Source of the DNA: Octopus sinensis
Taxonomy: Eukaryota
Assembly: GCF_006345805.1 (NCBI RefSeq)
Contig: NC_043000.1
Coordinates: forward strand, 29,574,001 to 29,638,000
Length of the DNA: 64,000 bases
Reading direction: 5' to 3'
The notes beneath the pieces were generated by a model. That model was given only the letters and a program-made list of their open reading frames with translations, was not told the DNA's origin and did no database searches. Made by a program: the position numbers and the translations under genes. Shown here piece by piece: positions 24,783 through 37,333 of the stretch; position 1 is the first letter of the stretch; each line of letters begins with the position of its first letter.

Positions 24783-24931
24783 CTGTGAATGGCCTGGAAG
24801 AATGTGAAAAGAAACTAGAAGCTAAAATGTCCAGTTTTGGTCTTTGCTTGACCCAGGACAACAGTTGCATGAAAGAGATGAGTTGTGTAGAACGGGACAA
24901 CGGCTGTTCTTCACAGCTCAAGTGTCTCTAG
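24783..24931 (+). CDS. Candidate terminal exon or pseudogene of a small 6-Cys peptide (speculative)
   Basis: Non-repetitive, GC-balanced open frame VNGLEECEKKLEAKMSSFGLCLTQDNSCMKEMSCVERDNGCSSQLKCL* after a possible acceptor TTACTCAG. Confidence 0.2.
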
Positions 24932-25183
24932 AGACAGGGTAAAAATACAATTATAGAAAGGAAAACAATAATTTAATTTTAAAACAACTTAAACGATTAA
25001 TTCGTTGTATTGTAGCATTAAAAGGATTGGGTATTAAAGTAAATACATAAGACGACGAAGGAGGGGGAGAGAAAGTGAGAAACAGAGAAAATGGGGTAAT
25101 AAAAGACGGGGAAGTGGAGTTAAGAGAGAAGTGAAGAAAAAAGAAGAAAGCGAAAAAGAAAGAGAGAGAGAGAGTGAGAGCGG

Positions 25184-25225
<42 letters not shown>

Positions 25226-25358
25226 ATATGTATGTGGAGGGAGTTGGGTGGTGTTTAGGTGTACGAAATAAGCTTAGTTTCAAAAAGAAATCTTTAATTG
25301 TGATGTGCTACAAATAATTTGTAGATTTACAGCAATAAATCATACATACGTATATGCA

Positions 25359-25433
<75 letters not shown>

Positions 25434-25609
25434 TGTATATCTGCATATATGTATATATATTATATATATGTTATATATAATGCATATATTTATGTATATA
25501 TATATGTATATATATGCATGTATACATATAGATAGGGATACATACATAAATATATATGAATGTATATGCATGAATATGAATATATGTATATATATACTTA
25601 GATGTATAC

Positions 25610-25646
<37 letters not shown>

Positions 25647-25899
25647 AACATACACATGCATATGATATATAAAATATATAATATATTCTATGTACACACA
25701 TTTATATATATATACATACATATGCATATATATACATACATACATACATATATACACACACACAACACACACACATATATATATATATATTTATATACGT
25801 GCGTGTGTATGAATATATTGCGAATGTCATACGTAAGACAGAAACAACCAAAAAGCGCACATGTACATACACACCCAAACACACGCATGCAAAATCACA

Positions 25900-25949
<50 letters not shown>

Positions 25950-26435
25950 ACACACACACACATAACCCTACATAAAACAACACAACGACACCACCGCCGC
26001 CGCCAGACACACACGTACACTTGGCAATCATTTAATGCCTTCTTCGTTTTGAAGGTCGCAGCAAATAATTCTAACCGCAGACGTATGAAGAAGGCAAGTG
26101 AATTCATAATCCAAAATTCGATATTACTATAAATTCAAAGATATCTTTTAAAGAAAATATTAGGAAAATTACATTAACTGTTCCTCTATTGATTCGATCA
26201 ATAAAATTTACTCGGCGTCCATGATGAAAGAGAAGCGGTGGATTTTTCACTACGACTGCTACGCGCCACCACCAACACCACCACCACCACCACCACCGCC
26301 GCCGCCGTCACCACCACCATTACTATATTTTTATAGGAGCTTCAATTCTTGCGGTGGTGGAGATAGCGGTGGTGGTAGCGGTTGTGTTGTTGCTGTTATT
26401 GTTATTTTTTGTTGGTGGTAGTAGTGAGGCTGGTG

Positions 26436-26477
<42 letters not shown>

Positions 26478-26677
26478 ATAGTAGTAGTAGTAGAGTTTGA
26501 CAAAGAATAATATTTAGTTTAACTTGCTATGTTGGTCGCCATACAGGTTTAAGTCTTTAAGCCATAGCATGCATGTATATATGTATGTATGTATGTATGT
26601 ATATATACATGCTTGTATATAGCTATAGATATATGTATATATATGTGGATGGATGTAAATATGTGTGTAAATATTAT

Positions 26678-26709
<32 letters not shown>

Positions 26710-26719
26710 GTATTGTATA

Positions 26720-26880
26720 TATTCTTTTATATTTGTTTCAGTCATTTGACTGCAGCCGTGCTGGAACACCGCTTTTAGTTTAGCAAATCGAACCCAGGAC
26801 TTATTCTTTGTAAGCCTAGTACTTATTCTATGAGTCTCTCTTGCCTAACTCGGTTGTCAAGCGATGTTGAAGGGACAAAC
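26720..26880 (-). mobile_element. SINE B tail
   Basis: GTTTCAGTCATTTGACTG...GGTTGTCAAGCGATG. Confidence 0.8.
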
Positions 26881-26928
26881 ACCTACAAACACACATACAC
26901 ACCACACACATATATATATGTATATATA

Positions 26929-26970
<42 letters not shown>

Positions 26971-27010
26971 CATGTATGTACACACACACATATATTTATA
27001 TGTGTGTTTG

Positions 27011-27041
<31 letters not shown>

Positions 27042-27134
27042 CATGCATACACACGCACACATATAGACATGTATCTATCGGGATATAGATATATATATTT
27101 TCAATATTTATATACATATATATTTAAGTATATA

Positions 27135-27196
<62 letters not shown>

Positions 27197-27234
27197 CGCA
27201 CATATATTCAAATATATACATGTATATATATATA

Positions 27235-27642
27235 GGCGTAGGAGTAGCTCTGTGGTAAGTAGCTTGTTTACCAACCACATGGTTCCGGGTTCAGTCCCAC
27301 TGCGTGGCACCTTGGGCAAGTGTCTTCTACTATAGCCTCGGGCCGACCAAAGCCTTGTGAGTGGATTTGGTTGACGGAAACTGAAAGAACCCCGTCGTAT
27401 ATATGTGTATATATATGTGTGTGTGTGTATGTTTGTGTGTCAGTGTTTGTCCCCCCACCATCACTTAACAACCGATGCTGGTGTGTTTACGTCATCGTAA
27501 CTTAGCGATTCGGTAAAAGAGGCGGATAGAATAAGTACTAGGCTTACAAAGAATAAGTGCCGGGGTCGAGTTGCTCGACTAAAGGCGGTGCTCCAGCATG
27601 GCCACAGTCAAATGACTGAAACAAGTAAAAGAGAGTAAAGAG
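27235..27642 (+). mobile_element. Full-length SINE B (reference copy): tRNA-like head, CORE-like block, TA/TG linker, conserved ~190-bp tail
   Basis: GGCGTAGGAGTAGCTCTGTGGTAAG...GGGTTCAGTCCC; ACCTTGGGCAAGTGTCTT resembles the CORE-SINE consensus. An octopus SINE (OR1) is a described CORE-SINE, but identity with it is not verified here. Confidence 0.9.
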
Positions 27643-28144
27643 TATACACGCACATATATAATATGGACGCGCAAGACACACACAGGCATATGCGTGTGTA
27701 TGTATGTATATTGGTGCATGTGTGTGTGTGTATACGCTTACACGTGCGTATGCATGTGTGTTTTTTGTGTGCATATTGTCTGTGCATTGAACGGAAGTGC
27801 TCCTGAATGTCTACTTTCACTATCCATACGCCCGTTCTATTTGTACATGAAATAAAAATCGGCTTTGACATATTTATAAATTGCAACTTCCCTTTTTGTT
27901 GGAAATCATGAAATGCCGTGTTGAATACCTACAACTTGTCTTCTGTGAACGTGAACATAAAATGTTGTTTTAGAACCGAATTAAATACGGCAATTTGATT
28001 TCAATTGAAATTCGAAAATTGATTCTTCTCAAAGATATAAAACCTCGGATTTACATAGAAATGGAAGTGGAATCACGTGATGCTGATAATTTAGTTCTTG
28101 TGTAAGCAAAAGGAAATGGTTATAAATATGATTTTAAAACATGG

Positions 28145-28997
28145 CTGGCTGGTTATGTTAGTTCGTTGCCTAACAACGTGGTTTCCGGTTAAGTTCCACT
28201 CCCTGGTGTCACGCGCAAGTATCTTCTAACCGGGCCGACCAAGGCTAGGTGGGTGAATCTGGTCGATGGAACCTGTCACGAAACCAGTCACACACACACA
28301 CACACAGACACACACACACACAAATGTATATATGTATATGGATGTCCTGCCAAGAGGTCCTCGCGTTAGGAAATGCAGACGAAGTCAGCGACATTCATCC
28401 TTCATATCAGATAAGTTTTCAAGTAGTGAAAGTGTAGCAAAGCTAACAGCGGTGCCCCAGCATAGCTGCAGCCCTCGAGCTGAAACTAGTAAAAAATAGA
28501 AGACACACATAATTATACATATATATGTACACATACATAACACACACATACATATATAGCTCTATATATATATAATATATATATATATATATAATAATAT
28601 ATATATAACTATATATATATATATACTATATATTTTATATATATTATATATATATATATATATTTTTTTTTTTTCTTTTATTCTTTTGTTTGTTTCATTC
28701 ATCTTGACTGCAGCCATGCTGGAGCACCGCCTTTAGACTTATGCTTTATAAGCCTAGTACTTATTCTGTCAGTCTCTTTGTCGAACCGCTATATCACGGG
28801 GACGTAAACACACACAACATCGGTTTCATGATGTGTGGGGGACAAACATAGAGACACAACACACACTATTATATATATTATATATATATATATATATATT
28901 ATATTATATATTTACACAACGGCTTCTTTTAGTTTCCATCACCAAATCCACTCACGAGGTTTTGGTAGCCCCGAGGCTATAGTAGAAGACAATTGCC
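28145..28997. mobile_element. SINE B fragments: degraded + copy (28145-28500) and - copy (28678-28997)
   Basis: Family B head and tail motifs. Confidence 0.7.
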
Positions 28998-29295
28998 TCT
29001 AGACACACAGTTTAACCATCCCTGTGATTATAAATGTTGTCCTGCACATCTGTAATGACTTTTCATGGCAGTCATGTATTTAACATAATGTGAACCACTT
29101 TTCTGTAGGATGACATGGGGTGTCTGTGTCGGGTAGCCGACGGTGTTCAAACCTTCGGTGAGATAGGGCTTGTCTACTTTTGCATGTGAAGATTCGACCC
29201 AGTGGACTTCGCGGAGAAAAACCATCAAATTTCTGAATTCAGGATAGAAATTATATCAACTATATCTGTTGAATCACTTGGTGAAAACAGTGAAT

Positions 29296-29631
29296 GCGTA
29301 TGGCCCAGTGGTTAGAGCATCGAGCTTACGATCGTGAGGTTGTGAGTTCGAATCCCGGACCGGGCTGTGTGTTGTGTTCTTGAGTAAGACACTTTATTTC
29401 ATGTTGCTCCAGTTCACTCAGCTGTAGAAACGAGTTGCGATGTCACTGGTGCCAAGCTGTATCGGCCCCTTTACCTTTCCCTTAAATAACACTGGTGGCG
29501 TGGAGAGGGGGGGGGCTGGTATGCATGGGCGACTGCTGATCTTCCATAAACAACCTTGCCCGGACTTGTGCCTCGGAGGGTAACTTTCTAGGTGCAATCC
29601 CATGGTCTGTGTCGTGACCGAAGGGGTTCTC
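29296..29631 (+). mobile_element. tRNA-derived SINE family D, full length
   Basis: A box TGGCCCAGTGG; B box GAGTTCGAATCC; central TTCTTGAGTAAGACACTTTA...GCTCCAGTTCACTCAGCTG block. Confidence 0.8.
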
Positions 29632-30576
29632 ATTGAAAAGCCATTAGAGCTCTTCTCAGAAATCTGGGGTCGAAAAAGCACTACATACACCAAACCGTAT
29701 CCATTATTGGAGGCCACGATACCATTATTAATAAAATCTATGTTAGAACCAGTGGTTAACAGTGTTTTATGCTTCATCTCTGTCTCTTTTGAAGCTTCTA
29801 CACCGATTTCCTCCCCTTTCAATTCATTTGTAGCAAACCCCAAATGTGCAGTTATTCCGTTTCACCTCTCCCTATTTAAGCACTTTACATACTTCTTATT
29901 CTTTTTTACAGCACATCTACAGAACGCATCTCTTATCCGTATTTTCTCTACAACTATAAAACATCAGAAAGTTAAGCAAAACCGTGATAGTCTTGACGTT
30001 ACTAATCAAATACTGATCCGGGCGAGGTAGAGGCTGTAAAACAGCCATTGCGTCTTTGGTCTAAAGAACAAAGAAAAAAATGGAAAAGTATTTTCATATT
30101 TCCAAGAAAAGTGAGAATTAAAACAACCATAAAATATAGAGGAAATACAGACGGATCTGTAAGTAGTTTCTATCTAGAGTTACAGTTAATCCGTCTATTT
30201 AACGAAAGATAATCTCAATGGAGGTAGTTAGCACTCTGAAGGTCACCTCAACTTATTTCCTTTGCAATAAAATTATAGAATCTCATGTTATCAGAAAGGA
30301 ATCAGTGAAGGAAATATTTGTTACGTATTTTGCTGCAAGAATCTAGCAATTTCCTCGTTTGATTAAGCGAAGCAGTATTTCATTTTATTTGATTCCCTAA
30401 CGTGTTACATCTTGCATCATGTTAAAATAGAATGAAAGAAGTCCTTATAATGGCAAATAAATGTTTGAATTAGATACATAAAATACACACATGCGTATAT
30501 ATGTATACACACGCACACATATATATATGTATATGTATATACATACATACATACATGCATGCATACATATATATAA

Positions 30577-30624
<48 letters not shown>

Positions 30625-30761
30625 CCCATACTGTGCACATATTACACATATGTAATAATGATATTACATACAGTATATAATATACGTAATATATGTATAT
30701 GTGTATATATATATGCATATATAAATGTATGTATATATATATATGCATATATAAATGTATG

Positions 30762-30813
<52 letters not shown>

Positions 30814-30869
30814 AATATATGAATTATCGGCAAAAAGGAGAGAAGTCGAGGACGAAGAAGAGGGAGAAG

Positions 30870-30990
30870 CTGAGGAAGAATTTGGAGAAGAAGAAGAAGA
30901 AGAAGAAGAAGAAGAAGACAAGAAGAAGAAGAAGAGAAGGCGAAGAAGAAGGAGGGGGAGGAGGAGGAGAAGAAGAGGAAGAAGAATTCG
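30870..30990. repeat. (GAA)n/(GGA)n microsatellite
   Basis: Direct reading of the sequence. Confidence 0.9.
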
Positions 30991-31687
30991 CATCATGTGA
31001 CGTAAAAAGCAATTATTCATTTCATAAACCTTCCCTAATAACTTTGTAAGTAAACTGTAGAGAGCCATGTAGCAATGGATCGGAATTAAGCCCTAGCAGG
31101 TCAATAGACGCAGATATCAGAAACGTCGCCTAACTACTGTTGATTTCTAGGGGGATGTTATTAATCTCTTCATGTCTCTCAGTCGATTTTTCCTTCGCTT
31201 GGCAAGAATGAGAATGTAGAGAAATCCCGCTGTCGTCTGTTTCAATGTAATGGCAGCCATTCTTCTTACGTGATGTCGTTTCCAATGACTACAACAGCGC
31301 CGCCGTGCGGACATATTTCTGTTTTGTATTGCTTCTCTAATATGCATTGATAATACGTTAAGATGGATAACCGGTACAAGATAACTCATCAGACTGGAGT
31401 AAATAGAGTTGGAGAGAAAATAAATGGTGGTTGGAGAGTGTGAGGGTAAAGAAAGGCGGAGGAGTAGGAGGAGGAGGAGAAGTAGGAGCAGTAATAGAAG
31501 GAGAGACTGTAGGAAAGAGGGCGAGCAAACGTAAAGTATGAGAGGGATTTAGTTCAAATATACGAACAAGAGAGAGGGGAAGGCGGAGCAGTGTGGCATA
31601 AACAAATGAACTGGAAGGAAAAGAGAGGGATAGAGGAAGTGAAAAACAGAGAAATAAGTAGACGGAGATGAAAATACTAGAAGTCGA

Positions 31688-31737
<50 letters not shown>

Positions 31738-32341
31738 AAGAAAGAGCGATAAAAAGAATATGAGACTGTCGAAGAGAAAGAGACATATTTACCACAAGCG
31801 AAAGAGAGCGAAAATATTCGTTAGATAAAGAGAGAAATGATAAGAGAGAATATATATTTGCTCATGCATAGATACACACACACGTACACACACACAAGCC
31901 CACACATTCAGACATATGTATACATATATGTATATACGTATATGTATGCGCACATGTATGTAGAGAAAGAGAACATCGGTAAAATGAATGTGGAAATCAT
32001 TAAAAAAAGGAAACGGTTGGAAAACGCTGGATGTGAAAGAGAAGTTTAAAAAAAGATAAATGGAAAAGATGAAGGAAAAAATATATGGAGAAAAGAAAGA
32101 GAGAAATCTGACTATAAAGACAGAAAGAAGAAAATAACGGAAAGAAGATTGAGATGAGCAAATAGAGAAAGTATAGGAATGAAGTGAAAGAGATATATTT
32201 TATAAAATGAGACAGAGAGTATATGAGGGTGCTTCATACAGACATAATCACAAGTATACATATGTGTATATGTTGGGGTGTGTAAAAAAGGACTGGGTAA
32301 ATGAGTGTGAAATGAAACAAGTAAATATATGGGCTACGACA

Positions 32342-32570
32342 TAGACGGCGAGCTGGCAGAAGCGTTAGCGCGCTGGGCGAAATGCTTAGAGGTATTTCGT
32401 CTGTCGTTACATTCTGAGTTCAAATTCCGCCGAGGTCGACTTTGCCTTTCATCCTTTCGGGGTCGATAAATTAAAGAACCAGTTACGCACTGGGGTTGAT
32501 GTAATCAACTTAATTCCTTTGTCTATCCTTGTTTGTCCCCTCTATGTTTAGCCCCTTGTGGGCAGTAAAG
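32342..32570 (+). mobile_element. Full-length SINE A with 19-bp TSD
   Basis: TSD AAATATATGGGCTACGACA at 32323-32341 and 32571-32589. Confidence 0.92.
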
Positions 32571-32674
32571 AAATATATGGGCTACGACAATATATTGGAA
32601 CATTTAAATATATAAATGTACGAGGCAATGGATTTTTGAATAGTAAAGTCTCATATGTTGCATACATAAATCGT

Positions 32675-33043
32675 GGCACGTCGTTGGTTAAAAAACGACG
32701 AGGGTTCCAGTTGATCCGATCAACGGAACAGCCTACTCGTGATATTAACGTGCAAGTCGCTGAGCACTCCACAGACACGTGTATCCTTAACGTAGTTCTC
32801 GGTGAGATTCAGTGTGACAAAGCTGGCCCTTTGAAATAGAGGTACAGCAGAAACAGGAAGAAAGAGTGGGAGAAAGTTATTGTGAAGGATTACAGCGGGA
32901 TTCGCCACCGCCCCTGCCGGAGCCTCGTGGAGCTTTAGGTATTTACGCTCAATAAACACTCACAACGCCTGGTCTGGGAATCGAAACCACGATCCTACAA
33001 CCGCGAGTCCGCTGCGCTAACCACTGGGCCATTATGCCTCCAC
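32675..33043 (-). mobile_element. Full-length SINE family C
   Basis: Minus-strand head GTGGAGGCATAATGGCCCAGTGGTTAG...GGTTTCGATTCCC. Confidence 0.85.
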
Positions 33044-33419
33044 GTTACATACATAATCATCTCTGATTTTCAATTCCATCCCTAAATTTATATTACTTGT
33101 CTCTTTGGTCTTTCATTATCTTCTCCTTTAATATGATAATCAAAATAAGTATTGATCCTTCCTTTCTTTCTCTCTTCCAATTATCATCCCTTCCCCATCA
33201 GGCGTTCCCTTATTAACACCCCACGTCCGACCGTTTTGTGTTGATAAAGCTGGATATATGGTTCCAGTATATTGAGAGTCTAGTAGATTGTCTGACACTA
33301 ATTGATTTATCACCATTAACTAGAATACAGTTGACAATTCCCAATAGTTTTGATTCTCGATGGTTTAAGACTACATTCTAAATATTGTCTTCCAAGTGTA
33401 AGTAACTAGGTCACTACTC

Positions 33420-33710
33420 TTTTTTTTATCTCGACCCCCACTATTTCCTCCGCTACTCTCTAAATTGTGGTCCCAGCCTTGGATAAATTCTGAATCTAAT
33501 GTTGAGGTTGTTTCGGCAATGCTGGTAGCATATTCTCTATGTTGTGCAAATGATGTAGCGCTCTCAGCGGTGCTGGAGAGAATGCAGAGTCAATGTTTTA
33601 ATGTGGTTCCAATAATCAAAGGCAGTCATGCCTTGTAATTTTTAGTGAATGCTTTCTGGGATGGCTCAATTCTTGTAATGCTTTGTATTGTGTGCGGAGA
33701 CCCATGGGGG
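33420..33710 (-). mobile_element. CR1-like LINE ORF2 fragment, decayed
   Basis: Frameshifted SPHTIQSITRIE..QKAFT, DYWNHIKTLTLHSLQHR*ERYII. Confidence 0.7.
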
Positions 33711-33964
33711 AGTTATATTCTAAAAGTAGCTGTACAAAGGAGAAGAAGGGAACGATGACATCTATACAATTAACATATACAAAAGAAAATTGATATCAGG
33801 ATATTCTTGGCCAAAAATAGTTCACATAATTATAGCTAACATCAGCTGAGAGAATGCATCTCAAAAAAGTGTGGTATGACTTTACATAATAAAGTCACGT
33901 GGTATAATATATGCGATAATTATTTAGAGTGTATAAAAATCCATTCCTAATGGAGAAGGATAAC

Positions 33965-35860
33965 AGGCGTGGGTATAGGTACAAGCGTAGTGGTGTGGTA
34001 ATAAGTCACGTGGTTTCACGTTTAATCCCACAGCGTCGGACTTCGGAGTGTTTTCTGTTATGGCCCCGGTCCGACCAGTGCTTTGAGGTCGACGGGAACT
34101 GAAACCCATTATATAGTTGGGGAAGATATTTATTGATGAAAATTGCCTCTTTATTCAACCTTTGTTGCATTGTGGTGTTCTGTGAACATTGATAAAAGGG
34201 GAATATTTGGAAATTAGGATTAAGATTCCTGGCACACCTTTCTATGTGTTCACTAACCTGTAACTGTTTGTATTGTGGGTGGCGGATTTGCTCTTTGTGG
34301 ATGCTGGTGAATCTGTACACCAATATCCCACACGACTATGTTATAGAAGCAATCACATTCTGGCTAGAAAAATACCCAGAAGAGAGCCCAGGACGCATTA
34401 ACCACAGTTTTATAATCGAAGCACTCAAATTCATCCTGTTGAACAATTTTTTCATGTTCGATACAACTTACTATCGACAAAAATGTGGAATTGCAATGGG
34501 AACTAGAGCTGCTCCAGTGATTGCAAACCTTGTTATGGGTTACCTAGAACTTAAGCTATACCAATCATCACTAGAAAAATATGGCGCCTCTTTTAATTGC
34601 TATTTAAAGGAGAACTGGAAGAGATATTTGGATGATTGCTTCATACTTTGGAAAGACAGCATGGACAAACTCCTTGATTTCAAAATAATGCTTAACAACG
34701 TACATAGCAATATACAAATCACTATGGAACACAAAAATAAACAACTCCCTTTTCTAGACATCTTAATTAAAATAGTTAACAACCACATAGAAACAGACAT
34801 CTTTTATAAACCCACAGATTCTAAACAATAACTCTTGCCACCCCAAACACATAAAAATTAATATACCTTTTAATCTAGCGAAAAGAATCTGTACCATAGT
34901 TTCGGATACATATACTCGTGAACAAAGACTCCTTGAACTTAGATCAACACTAACTAAAAGACATTACCCAATCTCATTAATAAATAAAGGCATTAAAAGA
35001 GCTAAGGAAATAGATATACAAATATTAAGGTAAACCAACCGAAATACTAAACCGGACTTAAAAATACCCCCGTAGATTTCCACACATAACCCTAGAAACA
35101 ACGAAGCCTTCGACATCATCACCCAAAATCTTCCCATCTTCACAGCAGACAAAACAATGAACGAAATTTTAAGCTCATACAAAATTATAAAAAGCAAAAA
35201 GCAACCGAAGTCACTGATAAAAATATTAACCAACGCGAGACTATATCCACCAACAACAGAGCCAAAATGAAAAAATGTGGTCGTCCTAACTGTGGAACAT
35301 GCTCCCACCATTTGGAGGGTTCAGAATTTCACTTCAAACAAGGAGAAATATTTAAGATCAAATCAAATTTCACCTGCGCCTCGGAATATCTAATCTATGT
35401 TATGGCATGCTTAGGATGTGGTAACCACTATGTTGGACAAACAGGAATATCACTCTGTCGAAGAGCCACCATCCACAAAGAGCAAATACCGTCAGTATCT
35501 ACATATCAAATTTGAGCGCAATCGGATGGAGGATGCCCGAGATCCCAGAAGACACACACAGACATACAGACAGAACGTATTTTATATAATATATATATAC
35601 ATACACGCGTGTATATATATACACACGCACATACAGATATGTATGTGTTTGTCTTTGTGTTTATGTGTATCTCTCCTACTGCCGTTTGATAACCAGTGTT
35701 GGTTTGTTTACGTCCCCGTAACTTACCAGTTCGTCAAACAGGTTGAATAGAACAGCTACCTGCTAGAAAATATTTCCTGTGGTCGATCTATTCGATTAAA
35801 AAAACCTTCAAGATGGTGCCCCATCATGGCCGCAGTCCGCTGAAACAAGTAAACTTTATT
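33965..35860 (+). mobile_element. SINE B split by the Penelope insertion (head 33965-34108, tail 35640-35860)
   Basis: Degraded head and tail flank the PLE at the position of the TA linker. Confidence 0.55.
34110..35490 (+). mobile_element. Penelope-like retroelement (RT + GIY-YIG), 5'-truncated, with inverted 3' piece
   Basis: On +: VNLYTNIP, GIAMGTRAAP..ANL.MG, WKRYLDDCF, LPFLD, CGRPNCGTC, LIYVMACLGCGNHYVGQT (34304-35490, with stops and frameshifts). On -: IHKEQIRH...VSEHI...KEAIFINKYLPQL (34110-34303). The Cys-rich linker suggests the Neptune clade (inference). Confidence 0.92.
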
Positions 35861-36519
35861 GATAAAAGATAATTTCAAGAAATTGCGAATAAATTCATGA
35901 ATTAATTAAAGTATTTCGGAAAGGATTGTCTCATTGTCTGGAAGGCAAAGAATAGTTTCGTACACTTGTTTCGGCAATGATTGAGCATCATCGGTATTTA
36001 CTCTCCTTACAGTCCTTCGGTTAATTTAAGACAGTAAACATATACGAAACGAGTTCCGTACATTGTTAAATGTGGAATCACTTAGCTAATTAAATTTAAA
36101 ATAAGGTAATAGAAATTAACGCGGAAGCATCTCCTAGGATAGTAAAGTGGAAGAAAAGTATTTAAAGCCATACATGGTCTATTCTTAGTTTATTAAAACT
36201 GTCTTAACAGTGAGAGAAGGAAAATTAAAAATCAAGAGGCAATTCTTTGTAACTCTCGATAACATGTTGTGGCGATTTCAAGAAATAAATAATATGATTA
36301 TAATTACTATATACAGCTACCTCCCAGTCGCTATCTTTTCCCATCTTACTCGACTTGCATATATAAGCACAGGAATAGCTCTCTATGTGACTCACACATA
36401 TATTTTTCCGAACAAAGGATTGCAATGGAATGATTCTGAGATGCCATATGGCCTTATCAGTATAACATTCTTCTTGCTCGCCTTCGACCAATTTTTATAT
36501 AATTTAGAATATGTAAAAT

Positions 36520-36850
36520 ATGTGAATTATTTGCTAAGAGCAATTTGCAAGATGAAAATTAAAACTAGCTGTGCAGTGACATCTCAAGCTTACGAAATCA
36601 TGTAATTCAGAAACTTATTTAAGAAGGGTCGTAAAAAAAGTTATTACGACTATGAATTTTCCTTTATACACACAGGCAAAAAGAATACCACAACTTCAAC
36701 TAACCACATCTGGAAAATAATGACTTAAATAGGAATTTCAACATTAAATGGAAGGTATTCTAATGAAATGTCATTTACAAACGGTTCACGGAAATATGGA
36801 GTTCTCATACGGAAAAAATAACATTTAAATTAACACAAGGTGTTTCAATA
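36520..36850 (+). mobile_element. Highly decayed GIY-YIG C-terminus of a different PLE lineage
   Basis: Frameshifted FKK...YYDYEFSF, KKNTTTSTNHIWKI, FNIKWKV, TEKIT resemble the FK.RY..H..SF...T.LS..IW......IKW....C.LC..EK pattern. Confidence 0.45.
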
Positions 36851-37124
36851 ACCGTCTAAATATAAGATATGAGATAAACACGTGATGTATGCATGTGGAT
36901 AAATTTATCTTGTTTAATTGTAAGATGTTACTCACGCCATATTAACAACATCACACTACACGGATTAAGCGGGGCACGTTCTCCCTCATCTACATCCCTT
37001 ATTCGTTCAAACATTTACATTCTGTATATTTAAAATCACTACACAAACAGCAAAAATGCAATTCTAAATGCTCCTCCTCAGGAACCCCTGAACATTGCTG
37101 TCTCGAGTCCCAGGAATTATAGGG

Positions 37125-37333
37125 CTGATTACCTGAGTCGCTGTACAAGTGACCGAGATCACAACATTCCCCTGAACGGAAGGCCAGTCCGTCGCTGAGA
37201 GACTCTTTTATTGCTGACTACACTGATGTAATGTGAAATGAATTGTTTTGCGCCTGAGCAAAACACACAACCTGATCTGGGAATCGAAACCTCGATCTTG
37301 CGATCATGAGGGCAACACCCCTAACCACTAGGC
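37125..37333 (-). mobile_element. tRNA-derived SINE, C/D-related
   Basis: Minus head CCTAGTGGTTAGGGG...GGTTTCGATTCCCAG; CTGAACGGAAGGCCAGTCCGTCGC resembles 4647-4672. Confidence 0.65.

Noticed and set aside
29418-30030. Overlapping 141-aa (-) and 142-aa (+) ORFs
   Set aside because: Both run into SINE D, show no recognisable motif, and the minus frame has an upstream stop with no acceptor after it.
31360-31395. CTGATGAG...ACCGGT on the minus strand as a hammerhead
   Set aside because: No GAAA and no stem II.
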